Of a DNA stretch of 15,013 bases, positions 1 through 9,070 are shown piece by piece. The DNA lies in the NCBI GenBank assembly GCA_000388065.2, contig KB932214.1, one strand, 5' to 3'. How positions within the stretch are numbered: position 1 is the first letter of the stretch; each line of letters starts with the position of its first letter. A program made the translations under genes and the position numbers. A model generated the notes under the pieces. The model did not search any database and had not been told where the DNA came from. It saw only the letters and a list, made by a program, of their open reading frames with translations. The stretch comes from Fonticula alba ATCC 38817. Lineage: Eukaryota; Protista; Nucleariida.

Positions 1-228
1 CCCTGCCCGTTTGCCTTCCTGTGCCCGCCGGCCTGCGATGGCCCCGGATTTGTGGTAGAGCCCCCTCGCGCCTCCCCCTCCGGCCCTTCCCTGCCGCCTC
101 CGTACGCCTGGTCATCGCTGCGGTTGCCCCGTCCGCCCGGAGCCTTCCCCCGGCCCGGTACCCGGCCCACCCCGCTCACGCCTCTCTCCCTCTCTTCCCC
201 CCCCCCCCTCTGCGCGCCAGCCCACAGC

Positions 229-3200
229 ATGTTCCACATCGTGCGCGCGGTCTTCGGGTACGACCCGCTGGAGTCCGGCGATCTGCTGGACCCGGCCGAG
301 TCGACCGAGTTCCTCACCTTGCAGCTGAATGACCACATTGTCCTGCTCCGGGCCACCGATGAGGCCGGGCTCACGGAGCCGGACATCGACCTGGCCTCGT
401 CGGACTGGTGGCTTGGGGCGAATTACGATCATCCGGAGCGCTTTGGCTGGTTCCCGAAGGCCTTCGTGGAGACGGTCAGCCGGGACACGGCCGAGGTCAT
501 GTCCTTCACCTTCACCGGGGACCAGTCGCTGGCCCGGGAATGGCCCACCTGCGGGGCCTTCATCCAGCCCTCGGACCGGGACTCCATCGAGCTGATGCTG
601 ATGCGCACGACCTCCAACGAGGATCTCGACCCGGGCGCCGACCGGCTCGAGGGGGGGACCCTCCTGACGGACGACAGTAGCCCGGACCTCCTGCCGGAGC
701 TGCTGCTCCTGCCGGGGCTGGAGAGCGACGACGACGCCACCACCGACGATGGCGGCGAGGAGGCTGAGCCGGAGCCGGAGCCGGAGCCGCAACACACGCC
801 CGGCGGCCCGGTCCCGCGGCCGATCACCACCGCGGCCGGGCCCGAGTCCGCCTCCGTTGCCATCCCCCCAGGCCGACGGCCAGCGTGGTACTGACGGGCT
901 CGTCGTCGCACCTGGCCGGCGGGGGGCTCTTTGGGCCGCTGGCTGGGCCGCCGGCGGCGGCGCCGGCCGTGGCCCTGGCGGCCAGCCCGATGGACCTGAC
1001 GCGCCTGGACCAGGGCTTCTACCGGATGGCGCATGCGCTGATGGCGCACGCGCCGCAGGCCAGCTCGGGCATGCATCGGATGCTGCCCTTCAGCCGGGAC
1101 GAAGTGATCCGGGTGATGGACGCGCCGGCGGATCTGCCCGGTGGTGCGCCGGCTGGCTATCTTTTCGGTCAGAACACCGCCGGCCAGTCGGGCTTCTTCC
1201 CGCCGCATCTAGTGCAGTTCTTCCAAACGTCCGACTACCTGGCCGATCAGATTGGTGCGTGTGTGTGTATTTGTGTATGTATGTGTGTGTGTGCATGGCT
1301 GTGTATACATACGTCTACATGTAGTTGCATGTAGTTGCATGTAGTTGCATGTAGTTGCACATGTATCTGAGTGCAGTTGTGGGCACATGCAAATGCATGC
1401 ACAGACTCCCTCCTCCCTCCTCCTCCCCCCCCCCCCCCTCCCCTCCCGCCTATGTCCCCGGCGCTTGCTGACCTGCTGTCCCTGCCGTCGCCTCCTGGCG
1501 GGCGGGCGGACGAATGGCCCCGGGATCCAGCCCTGGCCCAGCTAGATCGGTTCATCGATCTGAAGCGGCCGCGGCCCGTGCGCATCGGCGACGAGGTGCT
1601 GCCGGCGCCGCCGCCCGGATGGCGATACTCCCGGAACCCGGCCGGCCGGCCGTACCTTTACTGCACGGAGACCGGGGCCCGGGCCTGGTCGGTCTTTGAG
1701 ATTGCCCGCGGGCAGGGGCTCCTGGATGCCGGGGGCCCGGCCCTGTCGCCGAGCACCCCCGGCGGGCATGGTGGCAGCCTGCGCGTGGCGGTGGGGCAGG
1801 AGCCCCGGACGCCGGGATCGGCGTACGCCTCGTCATCCTTGACGACCGGGTCGGACCAGCGCAAGAATGTGGCCTTCTTGCGGAGCCTCCGCCGGCGGGA
1901 CCACCAGTCGCACGATCGGTATGTGCCGCTCGGGTCGCCGGAGCTGTCCATCTCCTTCGGCGAGGGGGGCCTCTTTGGCGGGGAGCGCGGCCTGGCGGAC
2001 AATGACCCGACCCTGCGGACGATGGTCCGGGCCCCGCTGGAAGGGGCGACCGCCGTGGCGCTGGCCAATGGCTCGGCCACCGGCCCCGGGCAGCCGGGCA
2101 TGCGGATGGGGGGCTCGCCTTCGCGGGCGGCCATCGGCCTGACGCAAGTGGCCCTGGCCGGTGGGGCCGGCATCGGGGCTGGCGATGCGGCGGCTGACGG
2201 CCAGTCCAGCGGCTCGCGCCAGCTCATCGCCCTGACCAAGCTGTCGATGTATCTTCCCTCGTCGCCGCTGGAGGGGGCCCCGGGTGCGGGGGATCTGACG
2301 GCCACGGCGTCGCCGGGGCCGGCCTCGGCTCTGCCCCCGCCGCTGACTGGCATGAGCCACCCGCCGGCAGGTGCGCAGCCGCACCCGCACCCGCACCCGG
2401 AGAGCCATCCGCACCAGCCCTCGGATGGCATGCGGCAGCAGCAGCAGCAGCAGCAGCAGTCGCGCTCGCCGCCACCGCCGTCAATGCCCCTGCCGCACCC
2501 GGTGCCGCATCCTCCACCGGCGTCGGCGCAAGGCCACGGCATGGCCCCTTCCCACGCGGCACAGCTCCACCACCACCACCTCCACCACCTCCACCACCTC
2601 CATCACCACCACCACCACCACCAGCAGCAGCAGCAGCAGCAGCACATGTACTCCACGTACCCGGCCCCGCAGCATCACCCGGGCATGGCGGACCCCGTGC
2701 AGCCCTCGCTGCCGGTGAGGCCCGACACACTGCCGGGCATGGTGCCTGGCACCTCGGCGCGGTCGCTGCCCCCTCCGATCATGGTGCCGATGGTGCCGGC
2801 CGGGGCGGCTGGCGGCTTTTCCGCCCCGACGTCCATCTCCTCGCTGCCGCCGTTGGAGTCGCCCAGCAGCGTGTACATGACGCCGCTGATCATCCGGTCG
2901 CCGCCGGGCAGCGGGACGGCCCTGGAGCGGGCCGCCTCCAACCCCTCCCTGCTGGGTGGGGCCCTGGGCCATGGCCCGGCGGGCGGCATGGGCATGATGG
3001 TGGACCCGGCCCGTGGGCCGAGGGCGGTCGGCTTGCCGCCGCCGCTTGTGGCCGACGTCGCCGCCGGGGTTGTTGGTGGCCGTGGGCCCGGCAGCGTCGG
3101 GTCGGTCGGGGACTTGGATGGCTCGGACTTGGACATGTCGCTGCCGCCGCCGCTGGTGCTGGCGGAGGACGCCACGGAGGAGCCGCTGTTGCCGCTGGCG

Positions 3201-3918
3201 CCGCCGCCGAAGCCCGAGCGCCCGAGTGCTCCCGGCACCCCGGGGCCCCGGGGCACCGTGCACATCATGGCCGGGGCCGCGTCGCTGCCGCTGCCGCTGC
3301 CGCTGGCGCCGGCGCTGGCGCCGCCGGCGCTACTGGAGCCGGCCGGTGCACCGGCGGCCCCGGTGGCCGGGCCTCCTCCCCCGGAGTGCGACCTGGCCGA
3401 GACGGCTTCCTGCTCCTCGAGCCCCTCCTCGAGCCCGCTGCCGCCGCCGCTGCTGGAGGTGTCCCCCCTGCCCGGTGTCGGGGAGGAGGGCGACCCGGAG
3501 CAGGGCGGCCGGGCTGCCCTGTCGCATCGCCACTCGGCCCCGCCGTCCCCCTCGCCGGGGGGAGTCTCGGGGGGGCCGGACTCCGGGGTGCTGGTCGACG
3601 TCGGCTCCACTGTCTCGGCACGGGCCGACCCGGCGGGCGGGGCTGCGGCTGGGAGTGCGGCGGTGCCGCCGCCGACGGCCGACGAGGCCCCGGCGGTCGA
3701 GCCGCTGGCCCCGGCGGCCGCCAGTCGGCCGGACGTCGAGAACAACGAGCACTATGTACGTACGGTGCACGGCGAAAGCCGGTGCCATGTGTGTGTGGGG
3801 CTGGCGATGCATGCGCATGCCGCATGCCGCATGCCGCATGCCGCATCTCGCATCTGCTCTCCCCGCTTCGCCCTTTTGCCCCGGTGCTCTGGTCCTACGC
3901 GCTCTGCTCCTGCTCACC

Positions 3919-3979
<61 letters not shown>

Positions 3980-4509
3980 CCCGCTTGTCCCAGCAGGCAC
4001 GGCAGATCACAGTCGCCCTCCGGCGCTTGGACGGGGCCGTTCGGGCCAACCGCGGCTCCGACAGCGACCCGGCGGCCGGCGACGAGCGGCCGGTTCGCCT
4101 GTCACCCCGGTCGCATGCGGAGCTGCGCCTGGTGCTGGATGCCGGCCGAGCGCTGGTGTCCGAGTCGGCGGCGCGCATCCTCGTGCAGGCGACCTCCCTG
4201 TCGGCGGTGGTGGCCAAGCAGGCGGCGCGGGCGGCGGCGGCCGGGGCCGAGGTCCCCGACGCGCGGGCCCTCTTCCGCGCGGCGGTCAGCAGCCTGGAGC
4301 GGTCGATGGCCGAGCTGGACCGCCTGCTGGCGCCTCTGTGTCAGGCGGAGGAGGAGATCTTCGGCGAGGAGCCGGAGTCGCTGGCCTCCGGCACGGCGGC
4401 CGACCAGCCGGCCATCACTCGCAACCAGGCGGCCACGGCCATCGCCACGGTGGTGTCGGCCACGGCCAGCGTCCAGGGTGCCGCGCATGCGCTGCTCCTG
4501 TCAATTTGA
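229..4509 (+). CDS. SH3-SH3-WW adaptor/scaffold, ~1290-1300 aa. Inferred exons: 229-~845/871, ~872-1254, 1405-3755, 3979-4509. The 5' end may extend to an exon upstream of the window.
   Basis: SH3-1 ~232-474 (VRAVFGY..LTLQLNDHIVLL..DWWLG..RFGWFPKAFVE). SH3-2 ~1020-1223 (AHALMAH..LPFSRDEVIRV..GYLFG..GQSGFFPPHLVQ). WW 1608-1688 (PPPGWRYSRNPAGRPYLYCTETGARAW). The GT-AG introns 1255-1404 (phase 1/1) and 3756-3978 (phase 0/0) join ORFs 885, 1371 and 3013 in frame; TGA at 4507-4509. One frame break near 846-871 is unresolved. A pyrimidine tract plus CAG at 220/227 suggests an intron may precede ATG 229. Confidence 0.8.
1255..1404 (+). other. Spliceosomal intron (150 nt) in the scaffold gene
   Basis: Donor G|GTGCGT followed by a TG-rich tract; acceptor GCACAG|AC. 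Phases match (ATT G|AC TCC = I-D-S). Removing it deletes the in-frame TAG at 1332-1334. Confidence 0.85.
1318..1357. repeat. Tandem repeat (CATGTAGTTG)x4, intronic
   Basis: Four perfect 10-bp units read directly. Confidence 0.97.
2436..2645 (+). repeat. Coding trinucleotide repeats: Q8 (2436-2459) and HHHHLHHLHHLHHHHHHH-Q7-H (2568-2645)
   Basis: (CAG)n and (CAC)n runs in the frame of the long exon. Confidence 0.93.
3815..3856. repeat. Tandem repeat (GCATGCC)x4 plus two degenerate units, intronic
   Basis: Four perfect 7-bp units at 3815-3842, then GCATCTC and GCATCTG. Confidence 0.95.
3924..3977. repeat. (CA)27 microsatellite abutting a 3' splice site
   Basis: Read directly. Confidence 0.98.
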
Positions 4510-5630
4510 TGGGCACGGCAGGTCTTCCTCTGGGACGGAGCGGCGCGGGGCGGGCCCTCTGGTCCCCTCTTCCCCTCCTTGCTCCCTGTGGTCCATTTGC
4601 TTGCACGCCCCCCCCCCCCCCCCTCCCTTCTGGCCCCCGGTCTCTCCATCCTGCGGGTGGGGGCCCGTCCCTCTTGTGCCGGGGGCTGGCGGGCCGAAAA
4701 TACACCCTCCCCCTGTCCTTGAAGACTAACAGGAAGCGCCACGACTTTTATCCCTTCCCCGCTGTGTGTCCTCCCTTCGCCCTGCTTTTGAATAGCACGG
4801 CGGCGGGGGGGGGGGGCCGCGTCGGAGGCGATGCCGGGGGCGCCGCTTATGCCGTATAGGCTGCCATGTGATCCGCGACCCGGCGTTGGCTGTTGTTCGG
4901 GAAAATCGGGCCTTTCTTATTGGGCCTATTATTCCGGGCGGCCGGAAGGAAAGGCCCGGGGGCGGTCTTTTCCCCGGCCCTCTCGGTGCGTGCGTGCGTG
5001 CGTGTGTGCGTGCGCGTGGGCGGCAAGCGATCCGCCGCCCCGCGAGCCGGGCAAGCGGGAGGAGGACATGCAGTATGGGTGCGGGGGTATATGGTCCCGG
5101 CGTGGGCAGCGGCGGGGGGGGGGGGGGCCTTCTTTCAGGAAACTTCCTCTTCCGGTCGCCGCCAGCCAGGGCCCCCCTCTCCCGGGGGTACGGGCGGGCC
5201 GGGCCACCGGCCGGGTGCGCCGGCCGCCGGCATGTGTGAGGGGAACACCGGGTAGGTTGTGTTTTCGAAGCTGGTGCCGGGGCGGGGGCCGCGCCTCCCG
5301 CGCCCCCCGCCCGCCCCCCCCCCTCCCCCCGTTCGACCTGGGGACAGGCGGCGTTTCGCTGGTTTTCCACCCCCCGGGGCTGCGTCCGGCGCCGGCGCCG
5401 GTGCCGCCGCCCGGCGGGCCTGGGACGAGGGGGGGGGGGGCGGGAGTTCCCTCTCGGGCGGGGGAAAGGAGAAGATGTGGTGGGCTGGCCTGCCGGGGGA
5501 GGGCCGGGGCGCGGGAGCCGGGCCGGTGCATGGGCCTCGGCGTGCGGGCCGGACGCTGCCTGTGCGCACGCGTCCGCGCCCGCACGGCCAAAGCCCCCGC
5601 GGCCATCCGTGGGGGCCTGGCACCGGTCCG

Positions 5631-5632
<2 letters not shown>

Positions 5633-5659
<27 letters not shown>
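5633..5659. repeat. (GCC)9 microsatellite, intergenic
   Basis: Read directly. Confidence 0.95.
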
Positions 5660-5661
<2 letters not shown>

Positions 5662-5895
5662 GCCCAGGCCCCTGTGCTCCTGGTGCGGTGCCGGCCGGGC
5701 GCAGGCGGGTCCATGCAAATATGTGCGTGTGTGCGCCCGGGCGCACTCGGCCGGCCGGGGGCGGTGTTATTGTTTACCGTCCGCCGGGGCGGCGCCCATG
5801 GGGCCCGGGTGTGGCGGCGCGAGCGAGACCCTGCGCGTGGGGCGCGCGACGGCCGGCCACCGGCGGCCGGCTGGCTGGGCCTCTCTCCCCGTGCC

Positions 5896-5914
5896 CGCGC
5901 GCGCGCGCGCGCGC
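5896..5914. repeat. (CG)9 tract, potential Z-DNA
   Basis: Read directly; Z-DNA propensity of (CG)n is established knowledge. Confidence 0.9.
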
Positions 5915-6437
5915 TTGCATCCGGCGGCCACACGCGGCGCCCTGATTAAGGAAACCTCCGGCGGGCGTGGGGCGCTGCGCCGCGCTGGGGTGTTTCGTCC
6001 CCGGCCGGGGGCCCCCCGTGGCGGCCTCCATCGCCCGGCCGGGCGTGGCTCATCTGGCGGCGGGTCCCGGGCCCCGGCCGGCCAGGGACCGGGCGCGGGC
6101 GCGGGTGCGGGGGGGGGCACAGCGTCGCCGGGACTTTCAGGCGCCGGCGGCCCCCTGGGCGGTGTTTTCGCATGCGTGTGCCCTGGCTCGGTCGTCGTCC
6201 TGCCCGATCCCCGACGCTGGGAGGGGGGGGGGGGGCGGCGCGGCCCTCCGGGGCAGCGGCCGCGCAGGCCCGAATCCCGGCGGCGGCGCGGGGGCTCCGA
6301 ACGGGCGTCCCCGGAGGGCGGGCGGGCCCAGCCAGGGCCCCCCGGGGGGGGGGGGGGGCATGAGGCCTGCGCAAAGAGTCCCCGGAGGGGGAGGGGGGGG
6401 GCCTAGCGACTCTGAGCGTTCAGCTGGGGCCTGGCGC

Positions 6438-6475
6438 ATTGGCCAGGGGACGCGCGCGCGCGCGCAGAGATAGAG
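6438..6475 (+). promoter_or_regulatory. Possible promoter element of the GPR137-like gene: inverted CCAAT, (CG)7 and AGAGATAGAG (GATA core)
   Basis: ATTGG at 6438-6442, (CG)7 at 6451-6464 and AGATAG within 6466-6475, about 330-360 nt upstream of ATG 6804. Motif-only evidence. Confidence 0.25.
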
Positions 6476-6803
6476 CCCCCCGGGTCACTGCCGCCGCCGA
6501 CGCCGCCGCCGCGCCCCGCTTGCTCTTCCTGCCCAAGGCGGGCGTGCTATTTTTTCGGCCACCACCACCCGGTCCGCCGTGCGCGTCGCTGTGGACCGAC
6601 ATTGCCCCCCCTCCCCCACTCATATTTCCCCCTTCCCCGCCTCCTCCCCCGCCCCCTCCCTTCCGCCACCTTGCCCGGGACCCTGTGGCAGCCCCCCCCC
6701 CCTCCCGCTCCTCCTCCTCCTCCCTCCCTGCCCCCTGTCTCCCTCCCCGCCCCCCTCCTCCCTTCCCTCGCCACCCCGCCGGCCCACTCCCGGCGACGTG
6801 AGC

Positions 6804-8134
6804 ATGGGCGCCCCTCCTGCGCCCCTCTCCCTGGGCGCCGGTGCCGGCGCCAGCGGGCATCGAGCGATATCCTCGTCGGGCGCCGGCCGAGGTGCGCGCC
6901 CCTCCCCCGCCCTTCCCTCCGTTGCCTTCCCTCCGTTGCCTTCCCTCCGNNNNNNNNNNNNNNNNNNNNNNNNNNNNNNNNNNNNNNNNNNNNNNNNNNN
7001 NNNNNNNNNNNNNNNNNNNNNNNNNNNNNNNNNNNNNNNNNNNNNNNNNNNNNNNNNNNNNNNNNNNNNNNNNNNNNNNNNNNNNNNNNNNNNNNNNNNN
7101 NNNNNNNNNNNNNNNNNNNNNNNNNNNNNNNNNNNNNNNNNNNNNNNNNNNNNNNNNNNNNNNNNNNNNNNNNNNNNNNNNNNNNNNNNNNNNNNNNNNN
7201 NNNNNNNNNNNNNNNNNNNNNNNNNNNNNNNNNNNNNNNNNNNNNNNNNNNNNNNCCCTCACCCATCACCCCTCCCCCCTCCCTGCGCAGCCTCGCTCGG
7301 CGCGGCCGGCGCAGCCCTCCTCTCCCTCTTGCTGGTCTTGGCGGCCAGCCCCATGGTCGCGGCCACCGCGGCGGCCGACGGCAACGCCAGCAGCGCCAGC
7401 AGCGATGTCCCGGCCGATGACACACCGGTGGCCCGGGCGCTGACCATCCTCCTGACGGTCCTCTACTCGGCGGTCCTGTGCGTGGTGGTGGTGCAGCTGG
7501 CGCGGCTGGTGTGGAACCGCCACAAGCTGGCCTCCTTCCAGTCGGTGTTCCTGATGCTCTGCCTGGCATGGAGCGCCCTGCGCACGGCGCTGGCCCTGCT
7601 GCTGGTGGTGCTGCGGTCGGCCACGGCCCTGCCACGGGGGGTGTTCGTCCCGCTGGCCTGGCTGCCATTGAACTTCCTCTGGGCCACCTACACGCTGCTG
7701 GTGCTCTTTTATGCGAATGTCATCCACCGAAGCGTGTCCCGGTGGGAATCCCACACCCGGCGCCGGTACTTCGTCGTGTGGGCCGTGGCCAACCTGCTGC
7801 TGCTGGCGACCACCCTGACCTTCGTGCTGCTGGTGTCGGTGCGCAATGTGCCGCTCACCTCGCCGGTGGCCCGGGTCATCCGGTTTGCCTATCCGGCGGT
7901 GCTGTTCGGGTCGCTGGTGTGCCTGGTGGCGTGGTATGGCCTGCGGCTGTACAATGCCTTCCGCAATCCGATGGCCTTGATCCCCTTCCACGCGAGCGGG
8001 TCCTCCGTGCTGGGGATCGCCCTGGTGACGGGGCTGCTGGCCGCGGTGTTTGCCTGTCGGGCCATCTACTCGGCCACCATGGCGGTGGTGGTGTGGCTGG
8101 AGCCGGTGCCGCTGGCCTCGATGGCCGCCTCGCT

Positions 8135-8180
<46 letters not shown>

Positions 8181-9039
8181 TGGCTGGCCGACGCAGCACT
8201 GCTCCTGGGCCAGGTCCTTGCCGGGGGCGACAGCAGCGGCGGGTCGGTGATCGCCGGCGGGCCCGGCGACGGGGGCAACCATGTGCTGGCCTTCGAGCAT
8301 CCGGTGCTGCGGTTCATCTCGCTGGTCCTGTCGGAGATTGTGCCGTCGGTGTCGATTTTGGCCTTCTTCCGGCACATCCCCGGCCGGCCGAGCGCGCAGG
8401 TCACCTCGCGCAGCAGCCTGCCGCCGGCCTTCCAGCGGTCGACCGGCGGCGGCGGCGGCGGCGGCGGGTCCGGCGGCGGCGGCGGCGAGTACGCGCCATT
8501 GCCCTCGTCCGGGGGGGACTCCGGCGACGGGTCTGGCGCCTCGGCGGGTGGCAGCGGCGCCACCAGCGGCGGGCTCCTGGCCAGCATGATGCTCACCGGC
8601 GGCGGGGCCTCGGTGATGGATGTCAATGCCATGCAGTCGGCGGCCGGCATCGGTGGCGGGTTCTCCATCAACAGCTCCAGTGCCGACATGATGGAGGGCT
8701 CCGGGTCTGGCATTGGGGGGTTCCTGCACCAGCAGCAGGCCCAGGCCCAGTACCCGCATCATGGGGGTCACTATCATCCCCATCACCATGTCGGGCACTA
8801 CTACCAGTATGGGGAGTATGGAGGCTCGCATGAGGCCATCATCGGGGCCGGGCCGCCGTTCGGCCAGTCGGTCGACGACTTTGTCGGGGCGGCGGCCGGG
8901 GCGGCCGGGGTGGTCGGGGCGTCGGACGACGCCCCCGGCGAGCGGGAGGCCCTCCTGGCGGCGGCGCACCTGCAGCATGGCGCGACCGGCGGCAGCGGGT
9001 ACTACGTCAGCCCGTATGGCCGGGACTCCTCCTCGGCCG

Positions 9040-9070
<31 letters not shown>

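Larger units (their letters stand above)
3756..3978 (+). other. Spliceosomal intron (223 nt) in the scaffold gene
   Basis: Donor TAT|GTACGT; branch-like CTCAC at 3913-3917; (CA)27; acceptor CAG|GCC. The phase-0 join gives ENNEHY|ARLSQQARQ. In-frame alternative CAG acceptors exist at 3993, 3996 and 4005. Confidence 0.85.
6892..7290 (+). other. Probable spliceosomal intron containing the assembly gap
   Basis: Donor GAG|GTGCGC; C-rich tract then TGCGCAG|CC; phases match. The interior is unsequenced, so further exons cannot be excluded. Confidence 0.65.

Noticed and set aside
863-870. C-CCC-CCA as a programmed -1 frameshift site
   Set aside because: Canonical slippery heptamers have AAA or UUU in the second triplet; an assembly error or short intron is simpler. 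Kept only as a minor alternative in the findings.
1318-1357. Regular repeats as a possible CRISPR array
   Set aside because: Contiguous units with no spacers, inside a eukaryotic intron, and no cas genes.
3756-4859. C-terminal third of the 1162-aa ORF 1371..4859
   Set aside because: It reads through an intron with (CA)27 (HTHTHT) and then the wrong frame of the last exon; the spliced frame gives ordered helical sequence.
5713-5728. ATGCAAAT octamer (also at 1387) and T|GTGCGT donor-like site
   Set aside because: No supporting exon structure; the motif is too short to be informative alone.
4726-6473. Many overlapping Arg/Gly/Pro/Ala-rich ORFs in the intergenic region
   Set aside because: Low-complexity translations of G/C runs with no codon periodicity or motif I can recognise.
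6579-7290. N-terminal extension of ORF 6579..9248 through the gap
   Set aside because: Ns hide stops, and the flanks are C-rich intron or UTR-like sequence with phase-matched splice sites.
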